Assembly: GCA_963845575.1 (NCBI GenBank)
Contig: CAWJSN010000003.1
Coordinates: 24,067 to 88,066 of the forward strand
DNA: 64,000 bases
Direction of reading: 5' to 3'
From: an uncultured Solirubrobacterales bacterium
Lineage (GTDB): Bacteria > Actinomycetota > Thermoleophilia > Solirubrobacterales > Solirubrobacteraceae
Made by a program: the position numbers and the translations under genes. Positions 20,746-29,259 of this stretch are shown here, one piece after another. Each line of letters begins with the position of its first letter. Within the stretch, counting starts at the first letter, position 1. A model generated the notes under the pieces. That model did no database searches and was not told where the DNA came from. It was given only the letters and a program-made list of their open reading frames with translations.

Positions 20746-21933
20746 ATGGCTGAGGTCGAGCTCGATCACATCTGGAAGCGCTATCCCGACGGGTTCGAAG
20801 CCGTAAAGGACATGGAACTCGAGATTGGAGATGGCGAGTTCATGATCTTGGTCGGGCCGTCCGGCTGCGGGAAATCGACCGCCCTGCGGATGATGGCCGG
20901 ACTCGAGGACATCACCGACGGAGAGCTGCGCATCGGCGGGGAGCGGGTCAACGACTTGGAGCCGCGCGATCGCGACATCGCCATGGTCTTCCAGAACTAT
21001 GCGCTGTACCCGCACATGACCGTGCGCGAAAACATGGGATTCGCTCTCAAGTTGAGCAAGACGCCCAAGGACGAGATGGACCGCAAGGTGGAGGAAGCCG
21101 CCCAGATCCTCGACCTCAACCAGCACCTCGATCGCAAGCCGGCGAACCTCTCGGGCGGCCAGCGGCAGCGCGTGGCTATGGGCCGCGCCATTGTCCGCGA
21201 CCCGAAGCTCTTCCTCATGGACGAGCCGCTGTCGAACCTCGACGCCAAGCTACGCGTGCAGATGCGTACGGAGGTGTCGCGGATCCAGCAGCGCGTGGGC
21301 ACGACAACCGTGTACGTAACCCACGACCAGACCGAGGCCATGACCCTCGGAGACCGAGTCGCGGTGATGCGCGCTGGGATCATCCAGCAGGTGGCGTCGC
21401 CCAGGATCCTCTACGACGACCCGGTCAACCTGTTCGTGGCGGGGTTCATCGGATCTCCGTCGATGAACTTCCTGCCCGGCCAGATCGATGGCGAGACCGT
21501 GCGACTCCCCATCGGAGATGTCCCGATCCCGGGGCATTTGCGCAGCCGCTTGCAGGAGCGGCGCGGCGACGGTGGCGTGCGCGACGTCATCGTCGGAATC
21601 CGTCCTGAGCACTTCGAGGACGCGGCCGTGGCCGGCGAAGCAATCAAAGGCCTCCGCTTCCGCGCGAAGGTGGAGGTGGTCGAGTCGATGGGCTCCGAGC
21701 TGTATGTGTACTTTGACCTGGCCACCGAGAACGCGGGGTCTGAGCAGCTTGAGGAGCTCGCTCGAGACGCTCAGTTGAAGGATCTCCCGCAGCACGGCGG
21801 GAGCGCCACGACCGTGGTCGCACGGCTCGATGCGGCTTCCAAAGCCGCGGCGGGCGCCGAGATCGACCTCGTACTCGAGAGCGAGGAGATCAAGCTCTTC
21901 GATCCCAAGGACGGCTCCAGCTTGACGCACTGA
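20746..21933 (+). CDS. sugar ABC transporter ATP-binding subunit (MsiK/SugC/MalK type)
   Basis: GPSGCGKS, VFQNYALYPHMTV, LSGGQRQR, MDEPLSNLD. Confidence 0.95.
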   Translation: MAEVELDHIWKRYPDGFEAVKDMELEIGDGEFMILVGPSGCGKSTALRMMAGLEDITDGELRIGGERVNDLEPRDRDIAMVFQNYALYPHMTVRENMGFALKLSKTPKDEMDRKVEEAAQILDLNQHLDRKPANLSGGQRQRVAMGRAIVRDPKLFLMDEPLSNLDAKLRVQMRTEVSRIQQRVGTTTVYVTHDQTEAMTLGDRVAVMRAGIIQQVASPRILYDDPVNLFVAGFIGSPSMNFLPGQIDGETVRLPIGDVPIPGHLRSRLQERRGDGGVRDVIVGIRPEHFEDAAVAGEAIKGLRFRAKVEVVESMGSELYVYFDLATENAGSEQLEELARDAQLKDLPQHGGSATTVVARLDAASKAAAGAEIDLVLESEEIKLFDPKDGSSLTH

Positions 21934-22008
21934 GCGCCGCTGGGTTCCGCCTCGCCGAGTGCGGGCAGAGCCCCAGGGTTCGGCGCGCCATGGTGCGAGA
22001 CTTCGGCC

Positions 22009-23325
22009 ATGAAGAGTTGGCGGACGATGGGCCCACCCGTCGTCGTGGCAGCAGTCATTGCCGCTGGTGCCGCGGTCGCCGTCTCGCTTTGGCTCCAGAA
22101 CGGTCTCGGCGACGTGCGAGATCTCCCCACCGCGCTCGTGAGCGCTGGACGGTTGACCGGCCTGCTGGGCGCCTACCTCGCGCTCGTGCAGCTCGCGCTG
22201 CTGTCCAGGCTGCCGGCACTCGAGCGGGCCGCGCCGCTCAACCGGCGGATCGCCTGGCACCGCCCCGCCGCGGCCGCCTGTATCGGGCTGCTGTGCGCCC
22301 ACGCGGTCCTCATCACGTCTGGCTACGCGATTGGCGACCGCCTCGGACTGCCGGCGGAGGTTGGACGGCTCGTGAGCGGATATCCCGGCGTCATCACGGC
22401 AGTGGCCGCGCTCGGGCTGCTCCTCGGCGTGACCGCGACCTGCGCCCGGCGCATCCGGCGTCGACTGCGCTACGAGACGTGGCACTTCACACACCTTTAC
22501 GTCTACCTGGCAGTCGCCTTGGCGTACAGCCATCAGCTCGCCACCGGCAGCGACTTCGTGGGCAACCCGGCCGCCCGGGCGTACTGGATGGGTCTCTATG
22601 TGGTGACCGCGGCGATCGTGCTTGCCGGACGGGTCGGCGCGCCACTCGTGCACGCTTTCCGCTTCCGGCTGCGCGTCCTGCGCGTTGTCGACGAGGGGGC
22701 CACGGCGGCCTCGATCGACGTCGGGGGTCGCGGCCTCGACCGGTTGGCCGTGCGCTCCGGTCAGTTCTTCACCTGGCGCTTCCTAACCCGTGACCATTGG
22801 TGGGAGGCTCATCCGTTCTCCCTGTCGGCGCCGCCCGACGGCCGGCGCCTGCGGATCACCGTCAAGGGGCTGGGTGACTTCACCGAGCGCGTCCGCTCGA
22901 TCCCGCCCGGAACCCGGGTGATCGCTGAGGGTCCGTTCGGCGCCTTCACGGCCGCCAGCCGCCGGCGGCGGCGCGTAGCGCTCATCGCCGGTGGCGTCGG
23001 CATCACCCCGATCCGGGCCCTGCTTGAGGACATGCCGGGCGAGCCGGGAGACATCACCGTGGTCTATCGCAGCGCGCGGACCGCGGAACTGATCCTGCGC
23101 GAGGAGCTGGACGAGCTCGCGGCCCGACGGGGAGCGGAGATCCACTACGTGATCGGCGAGCGTCGTTCGCCTTCGGCCGACGACCTGCGGGCGCTCGTTC
23201 CCGACATCGCGGAGCGCCACATCTATGTATGCGGGCCGACGGAGATGACCCGCGCGACGCGAGCGACGCTGCGGCGCTACGGCGTGCCCGCCGCCCAGAT
23301 CACAACGGAGGGGTTCTCCCTGTGA
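22009..23325 (+). CDS. ferric-reductase-like membrane domain fused to ferredoxin-NAD(P)H reductase
   Basis: TM helices with His (WHR, HAVL, WHFTHLY), HPFSLS, EGPFG, AGGVGITP, YVCGP. Confidence 0.9.
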   Translation: MKSWRTMGPPVVVAAVIAAGAAVAVSLWLQNGLGDVRDLPTALVSAGRLTGLLGAYLALVQLALLSRLPALERAAPLNRRIAWHRPAAAACIGLLCAHAVLITSGYAIGDRLGLPAEVGRLVSGYPGVITAVAALGLLLGVTATCARRIRRRLRYETWHFTHLYVYLAVALAYSHQLATGSDFVGNPAARAYWMGLYVVTAAIVLAGRVGAPLVHAFRFRLRVLRVVDEGATAASIDVGGRGLDRLAVRSGQFFTWRFLTRDHWWEAHPFSLSAPPDGRRLRITVKGLGDFTERVRSIPPGTRVIAEGPFGAFTAASRRRRRVALIAGGVGITPIRALLEDMPGEPGDITVVYRSARTAELILREELDELAARRGAEIHYVIGERRSPSADDLRALVPDIAERHIYVCGPTEMTRATRATLRRYGVPAAQITTEGFSL

Positions 23326-23777
23326 GGCGCGCCTTGACCATCCTCGCGCTCACCGCCGCCGCGGTGGTGGCGCTGGCGCGGTTCCATACGGAGGCGCCCC
23401 GTGTCAAGAACCCGCTCTCGGCTCTGCACGCGCCGCCGGCGGCTCGTACGCCTCGCGCGCTTCAGCCAGGCCCGCGCCGGCCCCCGACTCGTCCGGGCGT
23501 GCGCACCGCCACGAGCGCGCCGATGGCCACACCGTTCTCACTTGTGCAGGTGCAAGTGACGCTTACGCACGGTCGCCTCACCGGCGTCGAGACGGTTGCC
23601 CTGACCGGCGACGGGCCGCACACGCAGGCCCTCAACGCACGCGCTGAGCCGATCCTACGCCGTGAGGCATTGCAGGCCCACAGCGCGCGCATCGACGTGG
23701 TGAGCGGTGCGACCTACACCAGCCGTGTTTGGATCAAGTCGCTGCGCGAGGCGATCGAGGCGGCCCGCCGTGGCTGA
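23322..23777 (+). CDS. FMN-binding (flavinylated) exported protein
   Basis: Signal/anchor segment; DVVSGATYTS flavinylation motif. Confidence 0.88.
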   Translation: MRRALTILALTAAAVVALARFHTEAPRVKNPLSALHAPPAARTPRALQPGPRRPPTRPGVRTATSAPMATPFSLVQVQVTLTHGRLTGVETVALTGDGPHTQALNARAEPILRREALQAHSARIDVVSGATYTSRVWIKSLREAIEAARRG

Positions 23778-24495
23778 GCGCCGCACCGAGCATCTGATGG
23801 GCACGGCGGTTACCGTCGAGATCCGCGATCGGGCCGTCCCTTACCGTGCCCTCAAACACGCGTTCGCCTGGCTGAGATGGGTCGATCGGAGGTTCAGCAC
23901 CTACGACGCGGCCAGCGATGTCAGCCGGCTCAACGCCGGAGAGATCGGCCTGCCCGACACGCACCCCCTCGTTCGGAGTGTGCTGGCGCGGTGCGAGGCC
24001 CTAAAGGCCGGCACGGATGGGTACTTCGACGCGCACGCTCCCCTGCCCGGCGGCGTCGACCCGTCGGGCCTCGTCAAGGGGTGGGCGGTGGACGTGGCCT
24101 TCGCAGGACTTCGCCGGGCCGGCGCGCAGCAGCTGTGCATCGAGGCGGGTGGTGATGTGCGGGTGGCCGGAGGACCCTGGCGCGTGGGCATCCGCCATCC
24201 GCGCCAGCGCGAGCAGCTCGCGGCGGTGGTCGTGCTCCGCAGTGGCGCTGTGGCCACCTCGGGCGCCTACGAGCGCGGGGGCCATGTGGTCGATCCGCAC
24301 ACCGGGCGGCCACCGGTCGGAACGGTGAGCGTCACGATGATCGACCGTACGCTCGCGCAGGCGGACGCTCACGCCACAGCGGCGTTCGCCATGGGATCCC
24401 GCGGGCCGGCGTGGTCAGCCGGGCTCACCGCCATGACCGTCCTCACCGACGACCAGGTGCTGCTGACGCCGACCTTCTGCAACCTGCGGGCTTGA
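23770..24495 (+). CDS. apbE: FAD:protein FMN transferase
   Basis: MGT start, DPSGLVKGWAVD, AGGD, WRVGIRHP, VATSGAYERG, ADAHATA. Confidence 0.9.
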   Translation: MAERRTEHLMGTAVTVEIRDRAVPYRALKHAFAWLRWVDRRFSTYDAASDVSRLNAGEIGLPDTHPLVRSVLARCEALKAGTDGYFDAHAPLPGGVDPSGLVKGWAVDVAFAGLRRAGAQQLCIEAGGDVRVAGGPWRVGIRHPRQREQLAAVVVLRSGAVATSGAYERGGHVVDPHTGRPPVGTVSVTMIDRTLAQADAHATAAFAMGSRGPAWSAGLTAMTVLTDDQVLLTPTFCNLRA

Positions 24496-24498
24496 GCC

Positions 24499-25266
24499 TC
24501 ATCGGCGAAAGCCGCCCTCGGCATTGATGACCTGGCCCGTGATCCACGCGCTGTCCGCACCGGCGAGCCAGCTCACGACTGCCGCGATGTCAGCAGGCGT
24601 GCCCCAGCGCCCGACCGGAAACGCATTGCGTAACGCCTGGCGATCCGCGTCTGAGGCCCATCCGGTATCGACCGGGCCGGGATTGATCGCGTTCACCGTG
24701 ATCCCGCGCTCCGCGAGCGCGTCGGCGAGCGACCAGGTCATCTGATGCACCGCTCCCTTGCTAATCGCGTACGGCAGCTCGCTCGGCATGGGCCCCAAGT
24801 GCTGCCCGGAGGTGAACAGCACCACCCGGCCCTCGCGGCGCGAGTCATCGTGCCGGTCGGCATAGGCTTGGACAAGTAGGACGACGGCACGAGCATTGAC
24901 CGCCCAGGCCAGATCCAGATCTGCTGCCGTGACCGAAGGCAGGCTTCCTGGGGCTGATCGAGCGTGGTTCGCCACCAGGACGTCGACCGCTCCGAGCTGT
25001 TCCACGGCGAAGTCGACGACACGGCGCGGAGCTTCGGGATCGGCGAAGTCAGCCTCGATGCTCCTGAGTCGATCACTCTCACCTCCGAGGGCGTCGACCA
25101 CCGCTTGCACACCGCCCAGATCGGGTCCCCATGGCTGCTCGGCATCGTGGGGCGCCCAGGACTGCACGACAACGCTGGCGCCTTCAGCGAGCATGCGCTG
25201 GGCGATGGCAAAGCCGATTCCCGCCTGTCTGCTGACGCCGGTGATGAGCGCAATTCGCCCTGTCAT
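24499..25266 (-). CDS. SDR oxidoreductase
   Basis: TGVSRQAGIG, YAISK, NPGPVDTG. Confidence 0.9.
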   Translation of the reverse strand: MTGRIALITGVSRQAGIGFAIAQRMLAEGASVVVQSWAPHDAEQPWGPDLGGVQAVVDALGGESDRLRSIEADFADPEAPRRVVDFAVEQLGAVDVLVANHARSAPGSLPSVTAADLDLAWAVNARAVVLLVQAYADRHDDSRREGRVVLFTSGQHLGPMPSELPYAISKGAVHQMTWSLADALAERGITVNAINPGPVDTGWASDADRQALRNAFPVGRWGTPADIAAVVSWLAGADSAWITGQVINAEGGFRR

Positions 25267-25359
25267 ACGTGCGAGCATCGACGACTTCTATCGCACCTCG
25301 AGCTCCACACATTTCGACAGCGCACAGGCTCGCGGGTCGCGGGTAGAAGGGTACGGGTC

Positions 25360-26556
25360 TTGAACGGTCCAGACCGCCACGCCATCGACGCGGCGACGCG
25401 CGCCACGTATGCGGCTTTTGTCAGCACGGGCTTTGCCTTCGCGAGCTGGGCGTCGCGGATCCCCCAGGTCAGGCAGCAGCTCAATCTGGATTCCTCGGAG
25501 CTCGGCTTGGTCCTACTGGCGATGGCCGCCGGATCGGTACTCGCGCTGCCGCTATCGGGCCCCGCGGTTACCCGATTTGGTGCGCGTGCCGTCGTTTCGC
25601 GCATGGCTACCGTCGCCGGCGCGGGTCTGGTCGCGATCGCCTTCGGCTGCCGCATCGGCGTGGTCCCGGTCGTTGTGGGCCTGTTCGCGCTGGGGGTCGG
25701 GACGGGCAGCTGGGATGTCGCGATGAACGTGCACGGTGCGGCCGTCGAACGGCATCGCGCCCGCGCGATCATGCCGCGCTTTCACGCCGGGTTCAGCATC
25801 GGGACGGTCGCCGGAGCGCTGGGCGGCGCCGCAATGCTCGCGCTTGGTGTGTCGGTGACCGCGCATCTGGCCATTGTGGGCCTGGCCGTCGCGAGCGGCG
25901 TGCCGATGGCCGTAAAGCCCTTCATTGATGATCATGTCGATGCTAACGCTGGGTCCATGCCCTCAGACGCGGGAGCCGCCCGCAGGTCACTGAGAGCCTG
26001 GCGCGAGCCGCGCACGGTGCTGATCGGCGTGTTTGTGCTCGCGCTGGCGTTTGCCGAAGGGTCTGGCAACGACTGGATCAGCCTGGCCATGATCGGCGGC
26101 CACCATGCGCGACCCGTGGTGGGAACGCTTGCGCTCGCCGTCTTCCTGGCCGCGATGACAGCCGGGCGCTGGTGCGGTCCACGGCTTCTCGACAAGTACG
26201 GACGGGTACCGGTGCTGCGCGCGACCCTGATCCTGGCGATCGCGGGACTCCTCATGTTCACCCTCGGCTCCGGCATCGAGGTCGCGTTCGCCGGCACAGT
26301 GCTGTGGGGCGCAGGAATCTCGCTTGGGTTTCCAGTTGGCATGAGTGCCGGCGCTGACGACCCGTCATTGGCCGCGGCTCGAGTGAGCGTCATCGCGTCA
26401 ATCGCCTACTGCGCCTTCCTCGCCGGACCACCCGTGCTCGGACTTCTCGCCCAGCGGTACACCTTGCTGCACGCGCTTACCGTGGTCATCGCGCTTCTTC
26501 TCCTCGCCTGCGCAATCGCCGGCACCCTACGCCGTCCCGCCAGGCTGGAACGATGA
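25360..26556 (+). CDS. MFS transporter
   Basis: About 12 hydrophobic segments; WASRIP, DVAMN, EGSGNDW. Confidence 0.88.
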   Translation: MNGPDRHAIDAATRATYAAFVSTGFAFASWASRIPQVRQQLNLDSSELGLVLLAMAAGSVLALPLSGPAVTRFGARAVVSRMATVAGAGLVAIAFGCRIGVVPVVVGLFALGVGTGSWDVAMNVHGAAVERHRARAIMPRFHAGFSIGTVAGALGGAAMLALGVSVTAHLAIVGLAVASGVPMAVKPFIDDHVDANAGSMPSDAGAARRSLRAWREPRTVLIGVFVLALAFAEGSGNDWISLAMIGGHHARPVVGTLALAVFLAAMTAGRWCGPRLLDKYGRVPVLRATLILAIAGLLMFTLGSGIEVAFAGTVLWGAGISLGFPVGMSAGADDPSLAAARVSVIASIAYCAFLAGPPVLGLLAQRYTLLHALTVVIALLLLACAIAGTLRRPARLER

Positions 26557-27555
26557 GCGCCCGTCACCGGCCAGGACCTCGGTGCGCCGAAGCTCGTGCG
26601 AGCCGTCAGCTCGACTGTACTCGTAGTACGCCCACCAAGAATCGGCGATGTTCACCACGTCGACGTATCGCAGCGATCCGGTGGCATGGGGCGAGACCAG
26701 CGCCGGGGCTTGGACCGAGATGCGCAGCCAACTGGTGAGATCGAGGCTGCAGGCAATGCCGCAGTGCTCCTCGGTGTCCGCGGCTTCGCTGCTGGCCCCG
26801 TCGTAGTAGCCGACGAACCCGTCGCCGAACGGGACCACGCACCCGAGCCTTGCCTGGTAGGCGTCCCACCTACCGCTGCTGCCGACGGCCAGTGCCTCGC
26901 CGCGCCAGTCGTAGCGCAGGCCGTTTCGGCTGCTGGCGAGCGCCGTGGGCGCCGGCCCGTCTTGCCGCAGGAACGTGCTGATGTACATCAGCATCTGTGT
27001 GCCGTGGCTGATCACGTACGGATCTTTTACGGCGGCCACGCCGACATCCGCGGGCGCAATCACTGGTTGTGCCGTTGAAATGTCGAAGTGCTCGGGCTCG
27101 GGGGCGCGCAGCAGGTCGATTCGCCAGTGGTCGCTCGACGGCGGGTCCTCCCAGCTGGTGTACAGCAGCCAGTCGCCGGCCGGCGCGCGGCGCAAGCAGA
27201 ACCGCTCGAGCGAAGAGGTTCCGATCTGCTGCTTGGTCACGCGCCACACCTCGGTGAACGACCGGCCGCCGTCGGTGCTCTGGGCGACGATCCCCACGTA
27301 CCCACGCTCATCCCCAGACCCGTCCCGCGGTCGGCGGCGGCGATAGGCCATCAACACGCGCCGCGATACGGCGTCGTAGACCACGCTCGGCGCTCCAACC
27401 CAACACCCTGCTCCCGGCGTATCGGGGGCGAGCACCGTCTCGCCCGCCTGCGGGTCGAAAAGCGGGAAGCTCCCGCTTGCCATCGCTGCCTCGACACTGG
27501 CCGCGAGCACATCAAGGTTCGATGTCGCGTTCGTGGCCCTCTCGGGCACCGTCAC
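26527..27555 (-). CDS. five-bladed beta-propeller glycosidase-like protein
   Basis: WVGAPSV, KDPYV, GYYDGA, LRYVDVV; GTG coupled to the GH13 stop. Confidence 0.65.
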   Translation of the reverse strand: MTVPERATNATSNLDVLAASVEAAMASGSFPLFDPQAGETVLAPDTPGAGCWVGAPSVVYDAVSRRVLMAYRRRRPRDGSGDERGYVGIVAQSTDGGRSFTEVWRVTKQQIGTSSLERFCLRRAPAGDWLLYTSWEDPPSSDHWRIDLLRAPEPEHFDISTAQPVIAPADVGVAAVKDPYVISHGTQMLMYISTFLRQDGPAPTALASSRNGLRYDWRGEALAVGSSGRWDAYQARLGCVVPFGDGFVGYYDGASSEAADTEEHCGIACSLDLTSWLRISVQAPALVSPHATGSLRYVDVVNIADSWWAYYEYSRADGSHELRRTEVLAGDGRSSFQPGGTA

Positions 27556-29240
27556 TCCGTGTACCAAGCGGCCGTGTTGACCGGCACCCGGTTCCCTTCG
27601 GTCAGAGGACCGCTGGCGAGCAGCTTCTTCGCGCGGTCCGGAGCGCTCACAGGATCCGCGGAGAAGTTGATGATGCATACGAATCCGGGATCGCGCGCGA
27701 ACGCGATCGCGCCCTCGGGCGCGTCGAGCCATCGCAGGAAGCCGTCGCCGAGCGCCGCGTGCCCGCGCCGAATCTTCAGCGCGCGGCGGTAGAGCTCAAG
27801 TGTCGAGGCGTCGTCATCGGTCTGCGACTCGACCGTCAGCGCCGCCCATCGGTGAGGCTGTGGCAGCCACGGTGGAGCACCTGCCCCCTTGGGGCTGAAT
27901 CCGTACGGCGGCTCGTCCCCTGACCAGGGGATCGGCACGCGGCAGCCGTCACGCCCCCTGTCTGTGTGGCCCGACTGTTCCCACGTGGGGTCCTGCAATA
28001 CCTCGTCAGGGAGATCCTCGACCTCGGGCAGGCCAAGCTCCTCGCCCTGGTAGACGTACGCGCCTCCCGGCAGGGCGAGCATCAGCAGCGCTGCGGCGCG
28101 AGCGCGCGCCAGACCAACCTCGAAGTCGGCCGGCAGATCGATCAAATCGGTCAGCCTGTGCGGCGGTCGAGCATCCTGAGGGCGGGCGTACCGAGACACC
28201 ACTCTGACCGTGTCGTGGTTGGAGAGGACCCAAGTGGGCGGAGCACCGACCAGGTCATGCGCGTTGAGTGACGTGACGATCGACGCCCGCATCTCCTCAG
28301 CCCGCCAAGGGGCGAGCAGAAAGTCGAAATTGAAGGCGGTGTGCAGCTCGTCGCCGCGTAGATATTGAGCCAGGCGTTCGGCATTGTGCACCCATGCCTC
28401 CGCCACGAAGACCCGGGAATCCTCATAGGCGTCGGCCAGAGTCCGCCAGCTGCGGTAGATGTCATGGACCTCGTCACGATCCCAGTGCGGATGGTCGACC
28501 GGGTCCGACGTGAGCGGCGGCCACTCGATTGAGCCGACATCCGGGAGGCCGTCGGCCTTGACGAGACCGTGAGCCACGTCGATGCGGAAGCCGTCGACCC
28601 CTCGCTGGAACCAGAAGTGCATCGTTTCCTCAAACTCGGCCCGCACGCTGTCGTCGTTCCAGTCGAGGTCTGGCTGCTCAGGCGCGAACAGGTGCAGGTA
28701 CCACTGCCCCGGGCGTCCGTCAGCCTCGGTGACGCGGGTCCATGCCGGACCGCCGAACCTGCTCACCCAGTCATTGGGGCGCTCGTCACCGCTGGGGCCA
28801 CGGCCGTCCCGGAAGATAAAGCGACCTCGCTCGGGTGATCCGGGGCCGGCAGCCAGCGCCTCCTGAAACCATTCATGCTGGTCAGAGACGTGATTCGGCA
28901 CGATGTCGAGCAACACTCGGATTCCGAGCCGGTGCGACTCGGCGATCATCGCCTCGGCGTCGGCCAGAGTTCCGAACACCGGCTCAATGTCGCGGAAATC
29001 CGCGACGTCGTAGCCGGCGTCCTTCATCGGGGACGGGTACCACGGGGTTATCCACACGGCGTCCACTCCCAGACGAGCGAGGTGAGGCAGGCGGGAGCGC
29101 AGCCCAGCAATGTCCCCGATGCCGTCGCCGTTACCGTCGGCAAAGCTGCGAATGTAGACCTCGTAGACGACCGCACTGCGCCACCACGGCGTATCGGCGC
29201 CGGCAGCGCTCGGCTCCACCTGCTCCGAAGCGTCGTTCAT
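27552..29240 (-). CDS. GH13 alpha-glucosidase
   Basis: WWRSAVVYEVYIRSF, DIVPNH, GVDGFRIDVAH, AEAW, LSNHD. Confidence 0.95.
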   Translation of the reverse strand: MNDASEQVEPSAAGADTPWWRSAVVYEVYIRSFADGNGDGIGDIAGLRSRLPHLARLGVDAVWITPWYPSPMKDAGYDVADFRDIEPVFGTLADAEAMIAESHRLGIRVLLDIVPNHVSDQHEWFQEALAAGPGSPERGRFIFRDGRGPSGDERPNDWVSRFGGPAWTRVTEADGRPGQWYLHLFAPEQPDLDWNDDSVRAEFEETMHFWFQRGVDGFRIDVAHGLVKADGLPDVGSIEWPPLTSDPVDHPHWDRDEVHDIYRSWRTLADAYEDSRVFVAEAWVHNAERLAQYLRGDELHTAFNFDFLLAPWRAEEMRASIVTSLNAHDLVGAPPTWVLSNHDTVRVVSRYARPQDARPPHRLTDLIDLPADFEVGLARARAAALLMLALPGGAYVYQGEELGLPEVEDLPDEVLQDPTWEQSGHTDRGRDGCRVPIPWSGDEPPYGFSPKGAGAPPWLPQPHRWAALTVESQTDDDASTLELYRRALKIRRGHAALGDGFLRWLDAPEGAIAFARDPGFVCIINFSADPVSAPDRAKKLLASGPLTEGNRVPVNTAAWYTE

Positions 29241-29259
29241 GCTGCTGTATTCACCTCAT

